A stretch of 36,450 nt of DNA from Kondoa subrosea (taxonomy: Eukaryota). The DNA lies in assembly GCA_039545335.1 (NCBI GenBank), contig BCIN01000003.1, positions 1,949,615-1,986,064 on the forward strand. Direction: 5' to 3'. Under the pieces are notes generated by a model. It saw nothing but the letters and a program-made list of their open reading frames with translations. It was not told where the DNA came from and made no database searches. This document shows, one piece after another, positions 1 to 9,503 of the stretch (positions are counted from its first letter, which is position 1; every line of letters begins with the position of its first letter). A program made the position numbers and the translations under genes.

Positions 1-26
1 GTAGTTGTTGGCTGTAGCTGACTTCA

Positions 27-97
27 AAGCCAATCGAGAATCTCCTTTCATCGTTTCACCGAAGCCAACCGAGAATCTCGTTGCATCTCGTTCATCG
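27..97. repeat. Degenerate ~35-bp tandem duplication
   Basis: aagccaatcgagaatctcctttcatcgtttcaccg (27-61) is followed by aagccaaccgagaatctcgttgcatctcgttcatcg (62-97). Confidence 0.6.
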
Positions 98-107
98 TTC
101 ATCTCGT

Positions 108-861
108 TCATGCGGCGAGTACAGAGGAATGTAAGGCGGTGTTTGGCCGACAAGCTGTCCACGCATTGTTAGGTAAGAAAGAGGAATGACGAGGATGTCC
201 AGCGATGTTGGCAAGAAGCGTACAAAGACGTAGGGCACTCTATCCGGCCCATATTCTCTGTCAGATCTCGGTAAGCGCTCAATCGCCCAAGCAGAAAGCG
301 TTGCAAGGACTGACTTTCCGATATCTTTGAAATCGAAATTGCCAGTAAAGCCGCCTATCATCGACCTGAAAGTGATAAGAAGCTTTGCTAAAGGCGGACG
401 CACGTCCCATACAAGGGATCAGCGTCATGTTCGATATCTGCTACTTGTCGGACGAACCATAAAGAACCGCTGGTTGAGTATTTTGTGGCCATTCCGCCAA
501 AGTGTACTTCGTCAAAGATGCAGCAAGCCAAGAAGAGCACCACGCCCAACAAACTGTACGTTCAGCTGTACCTAAATCCAGGCCTCTGAAGAAATCTATC
601 GGTCTTACTGCGGTTTTCGGCTCCTTCAACAACAAAAAAGCTGATGCAGCCGGTACTGTTCCTTTGGCCAAGAGTCCATCTGGTTGAATCCATGATATAG
701 CAGAGAATAAACTTTCAGAGTCCTTTGACTCTGGTGCTAGAGGTCTCGACGATCTCAAAAGATTGGAAGACGAGTCCTTCTATCAAGCGCGTATTGATCT
801 TCGCGTCGCCGGCCCGAGCTGATGCTAATGGTCTTCGCGCTCTACGAGCTGTAATGCTCAT
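108..861 (-). pseudogene. Degenerate 5' fragment of a dolichyl-phosphate-mannose:protein O-mannosyltransferase (PMT1-type)
   Basis: FDEVHFGGMATKY starts at 516. After a frameshift near 477 it reads NQRFFM, then an intron (457-407) whose acceptor is TGG, then DVRPPLAKLLIT..GGFTGNFDFKDIGK, an intron (314-258), EYGPDRVPYVFVRFLP..LVIPLSYLTMRG, a second frameshift and CRPNTAL..stop. This matches the PMT motifs FDEVHFGGF/DVHPPLAKLL/FDFKDIG/VPYV. The 5' boundary (ATG 861) is tentative. Confidence 0.8.
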
Positions 862-1351
862 CTTTGTCCAACCAGTTGGTAACAAAAGCGAGATTCAGAT
901 CATTGGCAAGAAAACCAGATAGTCACGCAAAGCTGCTGCACTCGAGGCAGAAGCCTTCGAGAAGATCATGAGACATCAGACCCATCAAATGGCCTTGATA
1001 CTGTATATTGTACTACGAGTGCGCCTTGTCGGAAGGTGTTGTACATTTGTTTGCTTTCTGGCGAGCATGATATTACACACGACTCTTCAGTGACGCTTCC
1101 AGCAGGCCCAACCAAGCTTGCTGATCGTGCACAAGTCCAGACGAATGTAGGCGTATAAGGCACTCAACACAGAGCAGCGAAAGTGAATCCAACGAGAAAG
1201 TGAATGGACAATTGAAAGCCAAGACAGGTCATCCAGCATTATCACTGCGATAATTAGATGCTCTACAGGCCTCTTGGAGCACCAATAACTGTTACGAGTT
1301 GGATCACCTCGCTGCTCAGAACCAAAAGATATTTTCTGCATTGAACCACGG

Positions 1352-2927
1352 ATGGCCACCAATGCAGAAGCGCAAGCAGACGAGATTGAAGTGCTGAGAT
1401 CCATCTATCCAGAGCTTCAAGTCCTGCAACACAAGCAAGAAACTCGGCTGACATTGGCAGTGGATTTGGAATTGGGTCATACTCGCAGCATCACTGTACA
1501 GGAAGCATCGCAAGACAACACTGTGGCAGAGATTTCCACTCTTCTCCAGCTCGATCATCTTCCTTCTCTTCTTCTCGAAGTATTGCTTCCTTCGACTTAT
1601 CCCTATGACACTCCGCCGATAGTGAAGATTCGTTCTTCTTGGGTTCTGGTCAATGATCAATGGCTAGATGATATTGTTCAAGATCTGCAAGCTCGTAAGT
1701 CCTGCACCTCTCGCCGCTATTCAGCCACTAATGCGCAGACCAGTATGGCTCAACGATTCTACAATTTATTCTATCATCGACACACTCCAGCACATTCTTC
1801 CACCTACTACTTCTCTTCTCCTTCGACCTTCAAAGAAACATCGTTCCAGTAAAACTTCCTTGTCAAATGCTTTAGCAACTTACGATCAAACTCGTTCTTC
1901 TTCCCTCTTTGCGTCCGATTCTTTCGATTGCTGTATCTGTCTAGAAACACGGAAAGGCAATCAATGCATCAAATTATCGAAATGCAATCATGTTTTTTGC
2001 AGAACTTGCTTGCAAGGCTATTTCTCCATATCAATACATGAAGGTGTAGTCAAGAATGTTCATTGTCCAGATTCAGAATGTGTACAAGCGAGAGCGAAAG
2101 CCATCAAAGACGCGCAGCAAGGTGTTTTGCCTGGAGATGTAGATGAACAAGAAATTGCACCTATAGTCGGTCAAGAGATGTTGGCTCGATATAGAAGGTT
2201 AAAAGAGAAGCAAAGAGTGGAAGCGGATCCTTCTATATGTTTCTGTCCTAGATCAACATGTCAAGCTGCTGTGGAAAAGGATAGAGAGGAAGCCTATGCG
2301 AAATTGAGGACTTGTACAAAGTGTGGTCTGAGCTTTTGTGTGTTTTGTCGAAGGACGTGTAAGCTTATGCTTCTGTACGCAACGATTCGTACTAATTCAA
2401 CGATTGTCAGGGCACGGAACAATGCCTTGCGCGATGAAGAACTCAGACAAGATCGTCGAGCGCTATCTTCAGGCAGACAGTCAAGAGCGAGCGTTATTGG
2501 AGCAGCAATATGGCGCAAAGACTGTGCAGCGCTTGATGGAGCAGTATGAAGAAGACAAAGCGAATAACGAGTGGAAAGCAGAGCACTCAGTATGAACACA
2601 GTTTGTTCAGCTTGGACACTGCTGATTTTTTCTGTAGATGCCCTGTCCTGGTTGCGAAATTTCTGTCGAGAAGAGTCATGGCTGTTCTCACATGACATGC
2701 CAGAAATGCGGCGTACATTTCTGCTATAGGTGTGGTCAAAGATTGCCGAGCATAGATCCTTACCGGCATTTCTCGACTTCTGGGAGTTGCTTCAATAAGC
2801 TGTTTGATTGTAAGGGTTCTGCGTTGCTCGGATAGATTAGTCTGACCATGACATAGATGAGCCTGAGGCTCCCGTGGATGAGAATCTTTTGTGGGAAGCT
2901 GTTGGACAGATATTAGACGAGGAGTAG
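1352..2927 (+). CDS. ITT1: RWD-domain RBR (RING-IBR-RING) E3 ubiquitin ligase, RNF14/Itt1 family
   Basis: RWD (DEIEVLRSIYP..LPSTYPYDTPP), RING1 (CCICLE..CNHVFCRTC..CPDSEC), IBR (CPRSTC..CTKCGLSFCVFCRRTWHG), RING2 (CPGC..EKSHGCSHMTCQKCGVHFCYRC). Introns 1695-1743, 2359-2410, 2590-2637, 2810-2856. Confidence 0.9.
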
Positions 2928-3134
2928 AGCATGGTCTGCATTATATTGCCATTGTACTGTTTCGCAGTGTACAGTATGGCCATTTCACTGTGCAACATGA
3001 AAAATAGTCAGCTAAGCTTCATGCCAGATAAACCAAGCCCTCTCTGTAATTGAGAAAAAAGAGATCGGCCGCGAAAGGCACAATGAGAGAAGGGACTGCA
3101 TAGACTTTATATACTGCTAAATATCCGCATACCC

Positions 3135-5141
3135 CTAATGAGACAATCGCAACGCATGTGCTCGTTGCTGCTCCCATTCGGCATGGAAGCTCTTGTAGGC
3201 AGCCTGTCGCGCGATGAAGCCTCGGAGAGTACTTCGAGAACATGCTTAAACTCACCATAATAGCTTGTTCACTCCACTGATTATCCAAGGGTAGCAGCAG
3301 CCTGCTCAATTCGTGCAGTTCATCTGCGCTCAGGCGTCCTGAGTCGTCCAGCTGTTCCAGATAGCTTTATTAATGTACATCACAAGAAAGCGCTAAAAGA
3401 TCGTACGTGTTTATGGAAGATGTCTTTCACTTCTTGCGTCAAAAACTGCGCGTCAGTTTGGCTCAGCTTCTAGCAGGTCAGTTAGAACCAGGTTGTAACC
3501 TACTGGGTGAGTTATTTGGCCGGTCCCTGGGCTCGATGATACAGAATATACAGAAGTAGACGCGGGTGCCTTGCCTTTGCCGACATATGCAGAGCTTGAA
3601 GGGGCAGCAGAAGACGAAGGTGCGCCTCGTAGCGGAGGAGCTGAATAGGGTGCGATTCGAGAGACACCAGCATTGTGGACTGGTTTTCTAGCGGCAGGCC
3701 CAGCCATATGCAAAGTATGCTGCTGTGGAGTGATGGTCGGGTGGACAGATGCAAGGGTATTATGTTGGAACATCAATTGCTGCATCTGGAGAGCGCCTTG
3801 AGCAGGCAACATATTGGGAATATATGATTGCGGATGAGTTGGTAACATATTGGGAACAAATGATTGCGGCTCTCGCGTTGTTGGTCTAGGAGTATAAGAA
3901 TTGGGAGTAACAGGAGTATGAGGAGCATATGTCTGTTGTGTGGCATACGTTTGATAGTTTTGCGTTGGATTTGCCGTCTGATAGTAATGCATTGGATCTG
4001 CCGTTTGGTAATACTGGAGTGTATTTGCGGTCTGCTGGGACACTTGAGATATATGAGGCATTTGAGGCTGGAACTGGTTCACAGAAGGTGATAGCCAAGA
4101 CTGTGTTGGACCTGGATGAGCATTCGTATTTATGCCTGGCGATGCCGAATTCCCTAGCGAGCTTTGCGCAGGTGCGCGCTGAGCTAGAGGATGAGCCAGT
4201 ATATCAAAACTTTGGGCTGGTGCATCAGCCTTTGGGTAAACTCCCTGCCACAGGGCTTTTCTAGAAGTCCAAACAGAACGATGGTAACGGCCTTCATCTG
4301 CCTAGACTGGGAATAAGCCAGTCAATCCACCGCAGGGCATGATTTTACCTGGAAAGCATCGACATTTGAGTACAGAATGAGACGTGATCCCGTTATGCCT
4401 GCGAGCATTCCATTGGCTGCGTCCATGAGGGCAATCCATTGCTCAGATGCCAACAAGCTCTTTCGGAAGCTAGACAAATTCTGACGTTGAGACTGCAATG
4501 GTTCTCAATTAGCTATCCTATACAAACTGAAGAAACTTGCAATTTGGGCAAAAATATGTTCACAGCGCAGCTGTATCCAATGTATTTAGCAGACGAGATC
4601 AGAGAACATCAAAGATAGGTACGCACTATCCGCGGAGTTATATCTCTGGGCTGAGGCAGAGCAGGACGACGATGAGCCGCTAGTAGCTAGCCTTTGGACG
4701 AAAGCATACCACATCATTGCGATCCTTGTAGCGCTGAGCCAATCTGGCCTGGTGTTGTGAATGATGAGCAATTTCGCGAGCCTGGCCGTTGCCCAGCTTA
4801 CATATGCTTCCGATTCCGTGATGTACTTGAAGTCCAGCTTGTTCTTGACTTTCTCGATCTCACTCATGTCGAGAATGCCTAAGAAGAAAAGATGTCCGAT
4901 CTGTTCATTCAGATGATTTGATTTAGCAATGGTACCATATTTAGCTTGAGAGTCGTTGATCTACAATTCGAGTTGACCAATTTGAGCATTTCAAACCGAA
5001 AATTAGAGCGGACTTACAAATTCATTGAGGTTATTCGCAAACACCTCCGGCTGTGTTACGAATGTCTAAGCATAGACGAATTAGCTCGATGTGCTCCAGC
5101 GCATGACCAGAACTCACTTTCTGCGGTGGTTGAGTAGCCAT
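3135..5141 (-). CDS. Uncharacterised ~497-aa protein (orphan family member A): unrecognised N-terminal domain, Q/P-rich linker, HTH-like C-terminus
   Basis: Exons 5141-5118, 5065-5018, 4960-4802, 4748-4710, 4650-4627, 4570-4541, 4492-4349, 4301-3504, 3469-3407, 3351-3256, 3203-3135 splice into one open frame. The model is corroborated by the paralog at 27279-28676. Confidence 0.8.
3804..4020 (-). repeat. Coding tandem repeats in the Q/P-rich linker of orphan A
   Basis: 36-bp unit x2 (PQSFVPNMLPTH/PQSYIPNMLPAQ) and ~30-bp unit x3 (QYYQTADPM/HYYQTANPT/QNYQT). Confidence 0.7.
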
Positions 5142-5713
5142 TTGTTGTCTCTCGAAATCAGGAGTATCAGAAAGGTCTGACAAAGAGATAGATATAGCGA
5201 TTGGAATAATCAATGTCGAAGATGAGAGAGCAAGATCAAGAGAGAAACCAAGCATTTTGATAGCTCTCCGCATCGCCTAAGTTGTCGCAAAACATCAAAA
5301 TAGCAATCAAAGGGAAAGAACGTTTCAGAGTCAAGCTCTTCGATACGAACGATGATCATTCGCAGTACAGCAGCACTGTTGTAAGCCTTTGCGAAGAGGT
5401 CCCCATAGCAGACGATGAAAGAGGATCAAGTATGGCACAGCCTATGCGAGAACATAAGGCAAAGGCTCTAGTAGTCTGCGTAGATGATGATTGTGGACCA
5501 AAGAAGCGCCAGAAGAAACAAAGCATTAAACTTGTGACCTCTAGAACAGCATTTGCGCGTCAACGCCCTTTATCCCACTGATGTTCCTTTGGCTTTGAAA
5601 AGATTACGTTGCAAGCAGAATGAGAGCTGATACCCTGCTGCTGAGGCTCTGACCAAAAGACTCATTACTTGGTCGGTCGCTGCTCTCCAAGCTAGTCTTT
5701 TCCAAAGTCAACG

Positions 5714-6054
5714 ATGTTCCTCCGACCTCTACTTCGTTCGGTGCCTACTCTAGCAAGATCAACACCTTCTCTACTTCCAGCACCATTACTGCAATCAAAT
5801 GTCTTGTTGGCTGGTCCAGCAATCCGGACAATGAAAGTTCGAGCAAGCGTTAAGTTGTTATGCAGCGGTTGCAAAGTTACTAGAAGGAAAGGGAGGATTT
5901 ATATCTATTGTTCCAAGGTTCCTTGCTTTTGCTCAGCTAATTGGATAAGATCAGCGCTGATTGCAAACGAACAGGATGCGAAACATAAGCAGGTCAGCCT
6001 ACAAGGACGGAGAAAGTGTATGATCTGACCTCGAATATACAGCGACAAGGTTGA
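5714..6054 (+). CDS. RTC6: Mitochondrial ribosomal protein bL36m precursor
   Basis: Arg/Ser/Leu-rich presequence, then MKVRASVKLLCSGCKVTRRKGRIYIYCSK|DAKHKQ|RQG*. Introns 5918-5974 and 5993-6042. Confidence 0.92.
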
Positions 6055-6349
6055 GAGATGAAGAAGGAGCTAGATTGACTACTCGACAAGGATTAGGGTT
6101 GCTAGAGACTTGCATTGACAACCGGTCGGTACATTCTCTGTTCGGGCTACATGGGCGGCTGCCTGAATTGTGCGCAGCTATCTGTCGAGGAAGATGCATA
6201 GAAGAAGATCATAATTGTACAGCTTTAATTGTAAAAATGTAATATACAAGGCAACTCATCGAATACTTCATACATGTCCTCATTCCACTCTTGCTTATTG
6301 AGCCCTCTCCCTGACATGAAGCCCTTCCATTCTGACACTTCTCGGCTGA

Positions 6350-7316
6350 TCACCAAGAAGCATCGTGCAATCTTTGCCTAAACACGACCAGATCAGCGAA
6401 TTGTTCTGCAACGCGGTGAAGACACGCACATCATATCGGTATTCAATTCCCACTGCTCCAACTCTTCCTCATTCTGTAATCTTGATTCATCATGCATGAC
6501 TTCAATCGCATCCCTCAATTCTGAGAAACTCATAGCAGCTTTCTTCTTCTTTTTAATTCTTTCTTGAAAATAATCTTCTCTTTCCTTCATCATTTTAGCA
6601 GAAGGAGGTAATTCACCAGATGAATCCATACTTGGTGATAAAGGATTAGAAAGTAAAGGTGGTGAAAAAGGTGTAGTAACTGAAGAATCTTCCATTGCGT
6701 CACCCACTGGAAAATCAGCAGCAGAAGCAAAAGTCAAAGAATGGGAAAGTTGATCATGATATGCATCTTCCAATTCGTCCAATTCATCTAAATCGTTTGA
6801 AGAGTTTGATAATGGGTAATGTAAGGAAGGGATCAGATCTGGTTCTTGTTCAGAGAAAGAGGAGTGTCTTTGTAGTGCTGTAGGTGAAGTTGATCTTTGC
6901 ATAGGTGGATTGAAGGAAGGCATTCGTTCCCGAGAAGGTTTCCTGGGTCTGCATTGTAGTCAACAGATCCGAGCATTTTTCCTCAGTTGCATGCACTCAC
7001 GGTACTTCATTCAAAGGCAACCAATTACTACTGCTCTGAGCCTTCATCGGTACTCTGAGATTCACATTCAGCATGAAACCTCAATCCCAAAGAGAGTGGT
7101 TACTCACATAGGTTCATTCAAAGGTATCCACAAAGGCGCTTCATCATAGTCTCCTTCTTCTGCAGTATCCTTTCTGCTATTGCCTCGTCCTCTACCACCT
7201 CGGTACACTTGCTTCATATCTTGGTAATCCTGATGACCCAAATGATCCTCTTCAGCGAGCGAAGATGTGAGATCCATCAATGCTGCTGATGGTGGTGGTG
7301 GTAAAGAGTAGCTCAT
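6350..7316 (-). CDS. Uncharacterised ~269-aa acidic, Ser/Pro-rich protein
   Basis: Exons 7316-7108, 7054-7001, 6948-6430, 6377-6350, with three canonical phase-2 introns, join two ORF-track fragments into one frame. Contains a KKKKK basic patch; no domain recognised. Confidence 0.7.
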
Positions 7317-7664
7317 ATTGTGCGAGATGAATGAATATCAGCTCAACACCCCAAAAACAGAATGCCGGAGCGGTTATCTTCTTTTGGGTTGTAGCCCTTT
7401 GTGCGATGTTCTGGCTATGCTCGTCCTGGGTTTAGCGTAATGTTAATGCTGTGTGTGTATATCGAGCACAGCACGTTTCGAGCGCTGGCCGTATTCGACA
7501 AGGGAAACCGCAAAACATCCCACCACCATTGAAAATAGGATAATTCACATGGATCAGCCGAAGTTCGCAAAGAAGCACAGAATAGTATTGCATAGCGGTA
7601 TTTACATGTAAAGAGAGAGAGAGAGGAGACACAGAGAACGTGCATATACTTTTTAATTTCCTTT

Positions 7665-8733
7665 TTATAAACCAGCAGCAAGCAAACGAGCTTCAGCTTG
7701 CATTGCTCTTTCTTTCCATTCATCTCGTTCGTCTTTCAATCTTTGCAACTCTTCTTGCTTCCTCTGTCTAGATCGACGAGCAGCAACCGTGTTCTGGACT
7801 GTAGCACCCCGGAAACTTCGCATCAATAATCATTTGATAAACTGCTCAAGAGGAACTCACGTCGCTTTTGTTTGACGGCATCAACAATTTCTGGATCCAA
7901 TTGACCAGTAACCTCATCTCCACCTTTCTGAATAGCAGCAACATCATCTTTTTTGCCCAACTTGCGTTTCTTGATTTGTCTTTGAATCAAAACAGGTACT
8001 TCTTTTCGACTAGTTGCAGAAGGTAAAACGTAATTTCTGTGAGAAGATTGCACGCGCTCAGCTCGAATCAGCTTGGAGTCGTGTGAAGATGCTCACCTTG
8101 CTGCAATAGGAGCATCAATAGCAACAGGTTGGACTGAAGTGTTTCTGAAACCGGTGAATTTGCCTTCTTTTCTCTTGCGTTTACCGCGACCAGTTTCCTC
8201 CTCTTCTACTTCGTCTACTTGAGGTAAAGAGGTAGGAAGCAAATCGGTAGGAGAAGGGAGCATGCCGAAAGGTGGAGAAGAAGGTGAAGGTAATCCCAAT
8301 TCCTGAGGACTGCAGGTACCCATCATCACATTGTTGTCTTGACCGCCAATGTAAGAAGGGTCGAAAGAAGAAGGGAAAAGGGAAGTGAAATCGGTGCTGA
8401 GGTAAGGTAGAGCGAAACCAACAGAATCAGGAGTTGCTTCATCTGAAGGAGAGGGAACCAGATCATCAAGTACCAGACCAGGAGTGGCTAATTGGTGAAC
8501 GGTTTCATCATTGACCAATTGGGAAAAGTCGAATACTGGACCATCGAAAAGAAGACCATGTTCCGGAATGGCGGCAGAAGGAACAGCGGTGTCCTTGATG
8601 ATTTCAGCATTGAGAAGTTGACCAAAGAGATCAGAGTCAAACTCCGAAGTCATATCTGCACACCGAACGGTCAGCAAAACGGGTAAATCGGTCCGCCGAC
8701 GCGTCAAAACTCACCGAATGACTCGAACTTCAT
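7665..8733 (-). CDS. GCN4: Gcn4/Cpc1 bZIP cross-pathway control transcription factor (~295 aa from the AUG)
   Basis: Exons 8733-8715, 8655-8097, 8036-7861, 7798-7665. Basic region KRLQNTVAARRSRQRK; basidiomycete Cpc1-type motif IDAPIAARNYVLPSATSRKEVP; acidic/Phe-rich N-terminal activation region. Confidence 0.9.
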
Positions 8734-8932
8734 GTTTTTTAATTGAATCTGTTTACGTGAGTCTTGAAGCGAACAGATTTGAGCGGGTGTGAAATGTTGC
8801 TTGAGCAATTGATCGATTTCTTGATCTTCCACTAGAGTAGTATTTGTAACAGAAGGAAACAGAGGTACTGAAGATAAATCACCGAATACAGAAGAATAAG
8901 AACTGATAAGAGGAGATTGAAAAGTAAAGGTG

Positions 8933-9064
8933 TTAGCCGAGAGGGAAGGCTGCTGTTGTATCGAAGGATAGACAACAGCAGGCGGAGTACGTTTGTTGGG
9001 ATTGCTCTGTGCTACTGAATGAGACGAGCTGGGTTGGGCGAGGGGAGGCCATGATGGAAAACAT
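8933..9064 (-). promoter_or_regulatory. uORF2 of GCN4/CPC1 (43 codons)
   Basis: accaaaATG in strong context; MFSIMASPRPTQ...AAFPLG*; out of frame with the main ORF and ending about 200 nt before the main AUG. Confidence 0.8.
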
Positions 9065-9116
9065 TTTGGTGAGTGTTCAAGATTTCCTTGAAGGACGCTG
9101 GGTGCGACTGAAGAAT

Positions 9117-9128
9117 TTAGGCAGACAT
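9117..9128 (-). promoter_or_regulatory. uORF1 of GCN4/CPC1 (ATG TCT GCC TAA; MSA*)
   Basis: First AUG of the leader, 3 sense codons, A at -3. Typical reinitiation-permissive uORF1. Confidence 0.85.
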
Positions 9129-9503
9129 TCTGATTTATACTTGAAGAATGTAAGTTTGGCCCAATGCGAATTGTAGTTGAAAGCTGGGGAAAGGCGCTCG
9201 AGGCGTGTAGTAGGACTTGTTGTAGAGAGTGTTAGCGGAGGTCTTGATAGAAGGAAAGTGTTTGAGAAAGAGAGGGCAGAGACAATTTTCAGAGCACGGA
9301 ACGTTACACCGGTTCAGATCGGCTGTGGAATTCGCGGTTACGAAATAAAGCTATGCTACAATGTGATCCGTGTTTCGTTACGTAGTAGTACAAAAGTATA
9401 AAAGACCGAAAACGAGAATGCGAAATGACGAGAGAAAGGAGAGAAATGTCCGTTCAATTTCGACCGCTTATCCAGCTCTGATGCTAGGCAGTCCTGCGAC
9501 CGC

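Noticed and set aside
3135..5141. Orphan A as a mating-type HD1/HD2 gene
   Set aside because: No WFxN signature, no divergently transcribed HD partner, and no pheromone or receptor genes recognised in the window.
5282..5700. 99-aa ORF and C/D-box-like words (ATGATGA ... CTGA) in the divergent intergenic region
   Set aside because: TTG start with no recognisable homology; no terminal stem or rRNA-complementary guide that I could identify.
7445..7475. GCTGTG...CACAGC hairpin downstream of the GCN4 stop
   Set aside because: Short stem beside a GT microsatellite; not distinguishable from chance without covariation data.
8734..8740. A AAA AAC slippery heptamer immediately before the GCN4 AUG
   Set aside because: Explained more simply as an A-rich initiation context; I saw no stimulatory structure or useful -1 frame.
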